A DNA stretch of 64,000 nt, filler included, from Sphacelaria rigidula (lineage: Eukaryota): assembly GCA_964200075.2 (NCBI GenBank). It is 11 parts of 11 records of this genome, joined end to end, with 100 filler letters (N's around TTAATTAATTAA, not from the genome) between each part and the next. Parts side by side here need not be neighbours in the genome. Positions count along the whole stretch, not along the records: positions 11,657 to 17,384 come from CAXNAA020024910.1; positions 17,485 to 23,212 come from CAXNAA020024911.1; positions 23,313 to 29,040 come from CAXNAA020024912.1; 8 more parts are not named here. The stretch is one strand, 5' to 3'. Positions 11,557-23,578 of the stretch are shown here, one piece after another (within the stretch, counting starts at the first letter, position 1; every line of letters starts with the position of its first letter). Both the position numbers and the translations under genes were made by a program. Below the pieces are notes generated by a model. The model was not told the origin of the DNA and ran no database searches. It was given only the letters and a program-made list of their open reading frames with translations.

Positions 11557-12653
11557 NNNNNNNNNNNNNNNNNNNNNNNNNNNNNNNNNNNNNNNNNNNN
11601 TTAATTAATTAANNNNNNNNNNNNNNNNNNNNNNNNNNNNNNNNNNNNNNNNNNNNCAACCGCCCTCTAAAAATCGGCAATTCCCACTCTTCCATCCCAA
11701 CGGCCTACCCCACTTAAGACCACCCCCCCCCCCCCCCCCCTCCCCCGAAACCTCCATCATGCCGGCAAAACCAGCGTCCAATCCAGCCTACACACCGTAG
11801 CACTAGTACAACATAGCCAACCACGTGAGTACAAAACAGAAGCATTCCAAAACAGACGCCCGGTAAAGTATAAAACAAAAATGCTGGAGTTTTCCTTCGA
11901 CGACTGGAAGCGGGTCATCCCAACACAACGATACAATCATTTGTTCTGAATGATCCGCTGCAGGAATTTTGTGCATGATTCGCGCTGACGATACAACCAA
12001 ATCGGAGAAAATAACAGCACATGCATGCGTACGTTTGTCGATGGCAAACCACGTTCATTGCAAGTACGCAACAGAGCATAGGAAACAAGATACGAACAAG
12101 AAATCGGGCCTGCCGCCATTTCCGGACGTTTCGCACACAATGTACCAAGTCCTAGAGAAGGTGGAACGAAACTCGATAACTACTGAATTTACGACAACGC
12201 GGGGCCACCGAAATATACACGGACGGCACGACAGTCAACGGATGTCCGTGGTAACCCTAACAACAATAATACAAGACAAACGACATACGATCGGTTGGAC
12301 GACGTTCCATCCTACATGAAACCTGACTGCATGTTCGTTAACCGCGTACTGAAGCCTTCCCCCTTCCCTCCCTAACCCATCGATTCCTCCTTGCTTCCCA
12401 ATAACCGCGCGAGAGTACCCCCATGTGACTTGTGTAGGCACTTTTTAATCACCCAACAGAGAGGACCACGGACTGCTACGTTACAACTTGAGCTCTCTCC
12501 TATCCACTCAGGGTCTACACCTCTGCAACAGGTCATGACTACATTGTTGGAATACTATCGACCCGAGGCATAAAAACTACAAACAGCAACTTAAGAGCTG
12601 GCTGGAAGCTTGCAAAATTATCGCAACTGGCTAGCACTTTTCAAAACCCAGCT

Positions 12654-15135
12654 TCAGACAGTATGCGGCCCGTCTTCTCCGTCCCCCGCCTCGGCCCCAC
12701 TGGCCGAGGATCCACTGCCGGGCGCCGATCCACTCGCCCCCCATACCCCACCCGCGCTTCCGCTCCCTGCTGTCCCGTCCCCTCCAGGCCTGCTTCTTAT
12801 ATCCGAAATTGCCTTGTCGGTAATCTGAACAACAAAAAGGGTACACAGGAGAAGACGAGGGGTTTGCTTATTTTTAGCCAAAACCCAGAACGGGTGCAGT
12901 GTACGGCATGCCTGTTCGTTTCGTGCTTTTATAATATGTTCTGTTCGTTGCTTAACTCCTACGCGAGGCGCTGCACAGAAGCACGAAAAAAACATTTGTA
13001 CGGGACATATCCAACACGAGAGGGAGACCTTTGATGGAAAACACTATATGCAATATTTTTCGTCAGTATGTGTCCGTGCGACAATAATTCAAGGCGTCTA
13101 TTTTTAAGCCCCGCCGACAGGACCCACCTCTTTTGCCGAAGCGTAAGCGCCCTCGCTTGCGATCACAACGTTGTCTCGCCACCTGCGGCGTCGATGTTGA
13201 CCCATCACACGCGCGAGGGGATTTCCACACAAACGGCGGGGATGGAGCACGCGAAGGTAACGTGAGCGAGGAAAGACTGTAGAACAAGAAAACATGACGA
13301 TATACAGGTAGATTCGAGCATTTGTCGCCGGATGCAGACGGTGTGCGGGAAAACGGTAGCGCTTGGGTCTACTTACCCGTGAGACAAATCGGGGCTGATG
13401 ATACGGCAGCACCCTCCTTTGCTCCCGTGAAGCATTCGTGAACTGGCACGGAAGTGTCCCATACGAAACATCACAATTGGTCGCATTTCTCCAAAACAGC
13501 GGTTGAAACATCCAAAACGTCAGAATATCGAGCAATTCCTTCACACGTCGGACAGCTCATAAACTACCAAAACATTGTGTCGTGATGTATGAGTGTGCTA
13601 ACCCGGATCATGAGCTAACTCATTTGACCCCTTTCCCACACCTGCTTCCTACAGCGCTGGACGCCAAGCACGCGGAGTAGCGCAAAGGTAGGTAGCGCTT
13701 TGGCTTTGCGGACCCCGCTGTCACGTGTTTTGTGTTCTCGGACAACGGATCTGAGAGACATCTTCGATTAGTTATTTCAATGAGATCATAAGCTGTCCGA
13801 CGTGCGAATTCCCTGGTTCATCGCATGTGCGGAGTACCCCCACAGCGTCTCGTGCTTCGAGGGATGCAGGCCGTATGCATACTACTGGAGATCGCTATGC
13901 ACACACACCTGCCGATGGTGGGGGCAGCCTCCTCCATTTTTTCTCCGACGATCTTCACCCCGCTGTCCGTCACTTCCGCCACCTTGGAGCCCACCTGACA
14001 GTAAAAAGTAAAACACGAATAGCTTACATCGTTGTCCCTCATAAGAAACGGTATGGTGAAGGAGAGGTGGGTCAGGACGAAAAAGCCATGTTGATATACG
14101 CGTGAGCATGCCAAGGCAGGATCGAACGACACGGGGAGCTTCACGACTCTTGCATTCATTTCATCATGGCAATGCCATGAGGTATCTCCACTAAACAACG
14201 AATAAATGATCCTTCATCACCAGAGCCCCTCGTCCCTTGCTGCAAAATGGCGACAACAGCTGTCCTCGTGCTGTTCGCATAAATGGGTACTTGATGCTCA
14301 AACATTTTTGTTTGGTGGGGGACCGACTTTATTTACTATAATCGAGCGATTCCGTCTCAACATTATTGAAAAACAACGCCCGAGAGCGTCCATGCCCGAC
14401 AAAACACCATAAAACTTGCTGAGAATTCGCGGCGTTGGTGAGGGCCATCATCAAGCGCAAACAGCACGAGCACATATCCTCCACAATAGGATTCTGCCAT
14501 CTTTCATACGCTCGTGCTACAGCCACCGCATTACTCAGTACTGCACCCTTTGCTGCAGTCTCTCTCTACTTGTATCTGAATATTCAATGGTTTAACGAGA
14601 AATGACCGATTCCCATTTTGGACTGGTATTATTCCGGCGGTAGAACCATGTAGAGAGGAACGTGCAATGGAAAATACAGCGGAGGACACTTTCTACGATA
14701 GCCCCCCCCCAAAAAAAAGTGCGGGGTTTTGGGAGGCATAATCTTCACGTAAATCAAAATGGGAAAAGCCGAGCACAACGAGAAGCTGAGAATTCCCACG
14801 CTTGGGTTTGTTCTAGCCAATGTCGCCAATATGAGGCGCTCCATGCAGCCTGAACTCAAACATCAGGCGCTGTATGGCCATTTTTTGTGACACTTTTGGG
14901 CTGGTTTTTGGGGGGGGGCTCTGGTAGAAAGTGTCGGAGCAATAACCCAGAACCACACAAATTGAAAACTGCTGGTCTCTCATCCCATTCCATGGCTCAC
15001 CTTGCTGAGACCGTCCATGCTGCGGTCAACAATCGTAACTGTACCCTCCTTAATCTTGGCGACCGTTTCCGTCTCCTCCAGCTCTTTTACCCGAGCGGCC
15101 AGACTTGCCCAACCCATGGCGACAATACTCCTCGC
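12654..15135 (-). CDS. 3' part of a spliced gene of unknown function; exons 15001-15135, 13909-13994, 13128-13182, 12654-12824 (stop)
   Basis: All junctions are AG/GT and phase-compatible (0, 2, 0). Spliced peptide: ARSIVAMGWASLAARVKELEETETVAKIKEGTVTIVDRSMDGLSK-VGSKVAEVTDSGVKIVGEKMEEAAPTIG-RWRDNVVIASEGAYASAKE-ITDKAISDIRSRPGG...HTV*. Helical-looking, with a Gly/Ser tail. Confidence 0.75.
14685..14935. mobile_element. 251-bp intronic MITE, TIR GACACTTTCTAC plus C-run, 4-bp TSD GGAG
   Basis: GACACTTTCTAC at 14685 and GTAGAAAGTGTC ending at 14935. GGAG at 14681-14684 and 14936-14939. Confidence 0.85.
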
Positions 15136-17089
15136 CTTCAGCAGAGGCAACGGCAGCACATGGGTTACTTGACGAAGAATGCCTCCCGTATAATTATAGT
15201 TGTCACTTATAATGCAGGGCTGTCCGGGAAATAAACATATTTTCATGTATCACTGATTCCCTATTACATGTATTCTGATGAGAATACTGTTTTGTCGTCA
15301 GCCAAAATGCCTTCGGCTACAAAGTCAGCTTACCGCGAAGAATATATATTGGTGCGCTGAAGATACTCATCGAGAGTAACCGTCAACGCTCAGCTTCGCG
15401 ATCAGCAACTGACCACAAGCGCTGACCTCTGCAAAACTAACACCACCGGGACACACAATTGACATTCGTGTGGGAGGATCAAAGTGCAGGTTGATCTTCG
15501 CTAACATCGAGCGTTTTGAAATCGCCGCTTAACTAAAAATGGAAACTAGAGAGAAAACGAGCACTGCAAAGGTTAAAAGTCCTAGATGGTGTAACTAGAA
15601 ACTCGGGGAGTGCGGATTTTGTCCGTCATCACTGGGACCAACCTGGAACCAACAGCAGAATCGACGCAGAATACAGCCTGTGATTGCAAATGGTCACTAG
15701 TCATCGTCATCTTCCACAAAATCGACGGGGTGACACGTCGGTGGAAGCATGGATCAGGGTAGGTGACGTGGTTCATCACCCCCGGGTGGATTTTTTTCAA
15801 CCTCAAATCTCCCATCAATTAGAGCGACCACACGCCCCCAACTGTTGTGTCGGAAGAACAATATCATCGAGATCTTCCTGCAATTGGGATCATCTGGCAA
15901 TATGAGACCATTGCTTTGTTTGTAGAAAAGCTCGAGGCTGGAAAACGTATCAGTCGGAGATGAGCCCTGTCCTCTGCGAAAGTGTGATGAACATCGAAGG
16001 CGGAGCGATTTCTTGTGCGACGCACCATACTCTAGGTGGCATGTTTTCAAGATGTGGCCACCTGGCCGGCGCAGTGATGCGCGAGAGCACAGATGGTCGC
16101 TATTTGGGGGTGGCGAGGCAGATTTGAACGAAGACCATCTTCGACTCTGTAGATGGTGTCAGTGCAAGTATACTCAACCTCAACTTCAGTTATTTTGATT
16201 ATTTAACCCTTTTGACACCACCTGGCGATGGAAAAATGTGGATTTCGAGGTGCCGTTTATGAACGACATATGGTTGAGTTCTTACAGCTTTCACGCAAAA
16301 CTACCAGCCCAAGACGTGTTTGTCGGACCCGTAAATAAATGCGCCCAGGTGCACCACGGGACTCAGTATATAGAAAATGGACAGGTGGTGCCGATTTTTG
16401 TTTATATAGAGTTCAGAGACGCAAATGCTAATTTTGGCCTTGTGCACAACATTGAATACACTTGACCCGTTGCGTCTCCTCATTGGACGAAAATAATCCG
16501 ATCGCACCTGGGTGATTTTTTGGTGCCCGCATGACGTATGCTGGTTGACTCTTTTGCAGCCTTCCGCCGTGGAAATAGTTGCCGTCGGTCTTTTCTGTTT
16601 CTATCTTCCCTTCTTTGTCAGAGCTTGAAATAATGAGGCGTCTGGCCCGGGGACGGAAGGGGAGGGTTTCTCAAAGGGTTGAGGCAGGCACTAGGTACGA
16701 TATAAACGGTTGTGCTGTGCTGTACGATCATGGTAAGGTATCGCCTCATCGGTTTATTTTCGCTGTTTCGGGACATTTTGCAACGCCCCACTCAGCAGTC
16801 TACTAGCAGTACCATCAAAATCAGCGAAGCAGACGAGCGTCTTGTGCGCTCTCTCCCAAATGAAGTACCTAGATGTTGGGTACGGGTGGGAAGGAGTGGG
16901 GTACAGTACCATGGCCGTCCTACATGACAAAAGAGAAGTAATCACCGAGTTTGCGAATGTTCCCTCCATATACCCAACCTGATCGCCCCCTCCCCCCCTT
17001 CTTGCCTACCTGGCTTACACAGCTCTTTCCGTTGAAGACAACCTGCTTCGGCGATCGCTGTTAGCCTACGCCATACTGTCGTAGAGAGG

Positions 17090-17384
17090 TGTTATCGTCC
17101 CATTTATTCTGGACGCCAGTCTACACTTTTCGGTATATGTGGACGCACCAGCCGGGGTCACACAGGAGGAAGGTCAACACAGGAGTTTTCCCTTCATTTT
17201 TTGTTTTTTTTAGTACTCCACCTTCTTCTGCGGTGCTTGCCTTTATTCTCTATTGCGAGAGGGGTTCAGCAGTTCATTTCCCTCGTCGACGGTGAAGTCG
17301 AATTTGTCTACCCACGACATGGTCGCTCTCCACTGTTGGGCATGGTGTGAGAAAATTCCCAGATCGCTCCGAGATTTGAACCCA
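17090..17384 (-). mobile_element. tRNA-derived SINE-like repeat, truncated at its head by the linker
   Basis: Reverse strand begins GGGTTCAAATCTC (Pol III B-box-like), followed by about 280 bp of non-coding body. Resembles a dispersed brown-algal repeat as recalled, not verified by search. Confidence 0.6.
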
Positions 17385-17613
17385 NNNNNNNNNNNNNNNN
17401 NNNNNNNNNNNNNNNNNNNNNNNNNNNNTTAATTAATTAANNNNNNNNNNNNNNNNNNNNNNNNNNNNNNNNNNNNNNNNNNNNCCCGGGTACCTTTACA
17501 TAGCACTCTGGTAGCAGGGTCATTACCTTGGTGCCACCAAGTAGGATCCCCATTTTATCCCACACTGGTGATCGATTGTATGGTTTGCTATTCACCAGGT
17601 TGACTTCTTGATG

Positions 17614-17747
17614 CATCCTGTACCGTAGTTCGATAATACATTGTTCAGTTGCTTCAAATATTCCTGACGTATCCTGTACCGTAGTTGGATACTGCCTTGT
17701 TCCTTCGGTACCGTAGTTGGATAATACATTGTTCAGTTGCTTCAAAC
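17614..17747. repeat. Local direct repeat (gtaccgtagtt(c/g)gata x3; atacattgttcagttgcttcaaa x2)
   Basis: Read directly from the sequence. Confidence 0.8.
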
Positions 17748-18349
17748 TTAGTTTTCGATATCATGCTGCCACTCATCTTCCCGATTGCCTTGTCATCACT
17801 TATTCAGTACGCAGACGCATGTAGTTTCCCTATTTTTGCCTTTTTGCCCTTCATGCCCAGCCTACCATGCAAGTTGACTGCGCGACTATATATATATATT
17901 TGACGGTCCTTACAGGCCCTACAAATAGTTTTTAGACACTCATGTCGCTGACATGGTCGCTGGACCCCCTTGGGGGGGCGAAGCACGAGTTCCATATTTT
18001 TTGCGGGTTGTTGTCTCGCGTGCACAACCTTTGCCACAAAACAACGCGGTTTCCCACCATGAGAACGCTGTATGATCAGAAAAAAAATGCACAAGCTTCT
18101 TGACCGAGTTGTTGCTCACCCAACGCTCCCCGGCGAAGTTTGTCGACTACACGATTTTGCGTTCAGTAAAATTCGTCAAGTTCGCCAAATATATCTTTCC
18201 TGCAGGGTCTCACAGGTTCCTTAGCCTGTTGATCGATATTACCGGCATACAGCCAGCCCCCTCCAAATGCAACGCAATTACTCCAGGTACCTTGGACAGT
18301 TTGTCCAGGAGCGTAGCATTCTAGTCGCCCTGCTGACCGATATTCTAAA

Positions 18350-19380
18350 ATAGGTAGGAAAGCCAACAGTATTGCTGCACGATGTAGGTAAACGCGCGCT
18401 CTCCTTATGCTGTCAAACTCTTGTGCCGTATAACTGCAGCAAGACTTCACCACAATCCGGTTGTCTCATGGTGGCTCAGCTAGGATATGACATACGAACT
18501 AGACTCTTGCACACTGAGCATCAATGTACAACTCATGCGTGTAAGGGCATGTTTCTTGTCATTTTCTGTGCTTTGTCTCGGTATATTTAGTACATCGTAC
18601 CTCATTCTTATATTTTTACTCAGCATGCCTTGCCTATTTCATTTTTGCCATTATTATGTCTACAGTTTCACAGGATTCGAGAACCAAGGGGGACGGCTAC
18701 TGAAGAGGTTACTTCATTGTACAAATCTTGGGCTAGAGATAGTACGTTTCACGCACACTCTTACTGCATTGCCTGTATCTGTCACCATGTTGGATTGTCG
18801 AGAACTCTACGTTGTTTCAGGCACTGACGGGTGGGGAAAAGGGAAAGACTTCAAAAGGGGGGGGGGTGTACCTCTTTGTTTCGAGTATCCAAGTTATTCC
18901 CCCCGCTGCTGTAATCTGCACTATTCCCGAACTCCTTCATCAACTTCACTTCATCCAAGTAGTTTTTGAGCTGTTGAACTCGGTACTGTTTTCATCTTCA
19001 CTATTTTTATTGCATCCAAGTATTCTTTTCTTTGCTTCCATTTGCATCGTTTCCGCATCAAAGTATTCTCTTAGCTGCGGCCAGTTGCACTGTTTCCAGT
19101 TGTTTCATCATTTTCACCCCTCGCTTTGTCATGTCTCATGCTTGTATCAGGCCATCGAAGAATACCTCGGTTAGAGAGGGTGATAACGTACATCCTGGTG
19201 CGGCTCCTTAAAAAATATCAAAATATTTCGATATTTTCTTGTCTAGCACCGTCGCACTTTTGGCACGTTTCTTTCGCCTCAATCGTCCACACCTTTCCCT
19301 TGATCACAGTTCCTCATATATTTTCCCACAACCCATTGCATTATACTGCGTCATAAGCCTTTTGCACCTGTATCACCTCA
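18350..19380 (-). mobile_element. Highly decayed LINE RT remnant (second family)
   Basis: Reverse translation near 19150-19375 gives VQKAYDAV*CNGLWEN..IKGKVW and SKYFDIF*GAAPGCTLSP, matching the KAYD and QG..LSP RT motifs. Boundaries approximate. Confidence 0.75.
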
Positions 19381-20323
19381 AAGTTTCTTCGACCCCGCCA
19401 TCGCACTCGAAGCACCCCGCTTCCCTACGTAGTGATGCCTTGAAGCTTTTGCCACAGGTGCTGCCTCCTGGAAAGGCTGCATCAGTGCCGAGTTGAGGCA
19501 CCACGTGTATGATTATGGGGATTTCTTTCGGCGATTACGATACGAAGATGGAGACTGAAAACAGCCATCTCGCTTGGAAGTTTAGCGCCGCAAGCTGAAA
19601 CGGAGGAGCCAAAGAGTAGACTGCAGCCATGGACATGTACGAAAGGCTGTTGTGTGATGGGGTACACGATATCATTGCGAGAGGAATACTGTAGTGAAAT
19701 AAGGGAATATGTAACTATATATTGCTGCTACCGTGCGCTTCAGTAATGAATTTCGAGTGTTTCTTGTCTTTTTATTGTGCCGCTGTGTTATCGACTGCTT
19801 CCCATTTGGTGATATACGGGCACATGTGTGAGCCAAGGCGCGTAGGCTCTATTTCCAGTAGAATAGGTATCGGTAGTTACAGAAGAGCACCCCTCAAAAG
19901 CTGCACTCCTGTAACTGTTGATTAGTTCGCGGAAAGGTTGTTTTTAGCGAGGTTTGAGCCCCGCACAACCCTAGAATCCAGTCTAACTGATCCAGGGTGT
20001 CGACGCGCGATCACGCTAACTAGCCGATCGTTCTCCAGTCTAACTGAGATCCCGGGAAAATGACAGCGACCGTACTTGTCTGCTGTTTCTGTCGTTGGAA
20101 AGGGCGTTATAGATTTTTTTCCTTTCCTAACGGATGGAGTTTTCCCCTGCTTATCAGGGTTTACTCATTCATTAGATCTGCAACGAGTTTTCCCCTGTAC
20201 TGTGATTCAGCAGGTTTTTCTCGTTTTACTTTCAGGCGTATGATGCACAGGCTTTGTTTTTGTTCTGGCCCTTCCAGACCTCCAATAAATTTGTGTGTAG
20301 CCATATAAATATGGCTAGGGGGA

Positions 20324-20756
20324 TGTTACAGATTTATTGGTCATGTTCCAGTTGACTTGGTGCCATTTGTCATTCTTGGTCATACTACATTATGTTATTG
20401 GATTGACTCGACGCCCTCTTGGGGCACAGCGGTTTTGGACCATGCATCTCAACTAGCAAAGCACAAGTTAGCCTGTACGCCAATAATACAAGAGCATCTA
20501 CGCCATCAGGGACTGCTATCTCAGAGGATTCTCTGGTCTTCACAAAATGTAAGCCTGACCTTCATGCAGCACATGTTGTGCTGCAGCCTGCACGGCTCAT
20601 GACATGCCACCTGACCACTGGAGCGGTGGCTGACTCGCACTCGATAATATCGAACTCAATGGTTTCGATACTTAAGACTGTGTTTGGGCCTGCTAGCCCC
20701 GGTGCCCACTGAACTGGCATCTTCCTACCCAGGTCGTAAGTATCGATACCATGACA
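20324..20756 (+). mobile_element. Probable 3' LTR (TGTTA...TGACA, 433 bp) with upstream polypurine tract, inserted antisense into the gypsy integrase tail
   Basis: AGGGGGA lies immediately before TGTTAC. Short terminal inverted repeat. Gypsy homology (SRVSV|HRCKPC) stops at about 20757. Confidence 0.65.
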
Positions 20757-23212
20757 CAGAGACGCGAGATTTGGCGTCAGGCCCGTGAAAATCACGAGAG
20801 AGATCAAGGTAAAGAAGCTTGTCGCCAACAGGTCTACCATCAGGTGACGTGAGCGAAGGTCCTACGGTTAAAATCGTAAATGGCCCAGTCCAATGAAGAG
20901 ATAATTTCGTCTTCAAAGCTGTTTCATTAGCAGCTCTGTTGGTGCCTTGGCGAACAGTCGACAAACTGTTGTAAACCCAAACCCAGTCACCAACCTTCCA
21001 CGTGGGGCGCTTATGCATTATATTGTAGAGAGCGGTATTTGATCGCTCAATGCGCGAAACGTTAATAGCGTTTTGTTCGCGTACTAAAGTGAACGCTTTG
21101 CGTTGGCGCGCACGGGCCAGGGCATTGTAGGACATCTGATCCTGATCCAGGCCTTGATGGCCGTCGAAGGTGTGCCTTTCAAACACTGTGATGGGTAGGC
21201 GCGGGTAGCGGCCAAGGTGCAGCTCGTTTGGGGAAAGACCGGTAGCAGCGTGAACGGAATTGTTGTAGGACAGCATGACATGTGACAGGTGAAGATCCCA
21301 ATCATTTTGGCGATCATTAACAACCATAGATAACATTTGAGCCATGGTGTGATTAACTCGTTCAGTGCCACCATTACCGTTAGGGTGGTAGGCGCTCGTC
21401 GCGATTTTGCGAATGCCTAAGAGCTTATATAGTTCTTCCGAAAGGTCAGAGCAGAACTGCGAACCGTTGTCAGAAAGAAGTCGTTTCGGGCAACCGTAGT
21501 GCTTAATATAGTCGTGGACTAAGATATTAGCTGTGCCTGCGGCTGTAAAGTCGCCAGCGGTGACTGCGTACATTGACGCGTGACGGCTAAAGCGATCAGT
21601 AAAAAGTAGGATATAAGTATTCCCACGATCAGTTGTCGGTAAAGGACCGAAGTAGTCAAATGACACTAGGTGACCGGGAGCATTGGGGAGGCTCATAGAA
21701 ATAACCGGCCAACGGATGGTTTGCCGGGAGGTTTTCCGGGCTTGACATTTGAAACATCGCCTAATCCAAAAGCGAGTTGACGCTTCCATACCAATCCACC
21801 AGTAGAAACGCTCAAGTAGCGCTAAAGTGCGCGTGACACCAAGGTGGCAAGACAAGTCTGAATGACATCTTGTCATGACCCATGGGCGCATCAAGAATGG
21901 AACATAAATGCGGGTGGGCTCATCGTCAAGCAAGCGTGCATGGCGGCCGGTGGCAGCGGTTAAATGTGCACTGGAAGGCGACGTCGGGCGACGAACAAGT
22001 AATTGAATACCGGCATCGGTTGTGAAAATAGTACCTTCGCGGGCAAGTTCAGAGACGTCAGAGGCGTGCGGGGGGGGTAATGTACCAACCGAAACCAACA
22101 GATTTTCTGGAATGGGGACAGGGCAGCCAAGGTGCAAATATTGCATGGTAGGACGGCATAATGGCTCGGCCTGTTGTTCACGAGCCCAGTCGTGATGTGA
22201 ATAGCTAGCGAGGAATTCGCGCAAGTGGCCGTCGGCAGGAGAGCCAACCAGACATGGGGGCACAGGAGGGGGTGGAACAGGAGACGGAGCGGGGACACCA
22301 ACCTCAATTTCCATGTCGGAGTCAGGGTCCGAAGTGTTCGGTATTTTCTCAGAAGGTGTGATCGAAGAATGTACCGCAGAAGGCGGCGTGGGCGTGCGCG
22401 CTGGAGAACGCGATCTACGTCGGGGGCGCGATTTGCGCGTGGCTGATTTTGCCAAGGTCATCGATGCGTTGTTGCGGGGAGACGGTGCTCCGTTATTTGG
22501 AGGAAGAGGACGCTGAGTCGAGGGCGGCGGTACGCGAAGGGTGTTCGCGCGGGCGGCAGACCGAGAGCGTGTCTTGTCCGAAATAAGATGAATAGTAGTA
22601 GGTGGCGGCGCGGAGATGTTCGCACGAGGACCGAAAGTACGGAAATCAGCGAAATTGGCGGCGGCCGTTTCAATCCACTCAACACTGCGTCGTGGGGTAG
22701 CGGGCGGGGTATACCCATGTGCGTACTTGTTTCAGGGCAGTGGAGGTCAAGGGCGTAGATAGGCGTTGAAAAACGCCGAATTGGATAGATGCCTGGTTCA
22801 TCAGGTTCTGTCAACCTACAAGCGGGGCTAGTATCTACAGCCGTAGGAGGCAGCGGAAGGCGGGAGAGAAGATCAGCATTCCCATTGGTTTTTCCTGGTC
22901 GGTGTTTGACTGTATAGTTGTAGGCTGTCAAAAACTCTAACCAGCGTTGCACGCGCGGGTTATGTTCACCAACTTTCGCGAGTTGTTCAAGGGCTCCATG
23001 ATCCGTATAAATCTGGAAGGGGACTTGGAACAGATATTGTCGAAGGCGTTTTATAGCCCAGGTAATAGCTCCACCTTCTAACTCTAGGGGACTCCAATTG
23101 ACTTCATTAGGCAAGGTTGCCCGGCTGATGTAGAGAATGGGTCGCACGGAGCCATCAAGTTGGGGCTGATTCAATACCGCGCCGAAACCATCTATACTGG
23201 CATCCGTATGCA
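20757..23212 (-). mobile_element. pol: Ty3/gypsy RNase H, Pro-rich linker and integrase (one frameshift near 22660-22680)
   Basis: RNase H: HTDAS..GFGAVLNQ, ELEGGAITWAIKRL, YTDH, NADLLSR. Integrase: HHCC (CHSDLSCHLG..CFKCQ), DYFGP, TDRFSR, SDNGSQF, NGGTERVN, WTGPF. Confidence 0.96.
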
Positions 23213-23578
23213 NNNNNNNNNNNNNNNNNNNNNNNNNNNNNNNNNNNNNNNNNNNNTTAATTAATTAANNNNNNNNNNNNNNNNNNNNNNNNNNNNNNNN
23301 NNNNNNNNNNNNAAAACACCCCCCCACCGCCCTCCTCTCACCCCCCCCCCCCCCCCCCCCCCCCCACCCCCTCTCTCTCTCCAGTACTCACCAACAAAAC
23401 CAGGATGTTCACTCACAACACATTTTTTGCTGTTCTGAGCTCCGGTGCGAAGATCTGTCTTGGAACCAACCTGCTATTTTTCTACTTTCCATGTAATCGT
23501 ACTCGTGTGTCCTTGTTCAGTAGTACTCACGCCATACGTCTGAATATCGCCGTCGCGACAATGACGAAACCCACACAG

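Noticed and set aside
15580..16550. Possible decayed transposase or viral coding region, with piggyBac-like TTAA-CCC/GG-TTAA ends nearby
   Set aside because: Stops in all frames, no motif I can name, and the ends do not pair convincingly.
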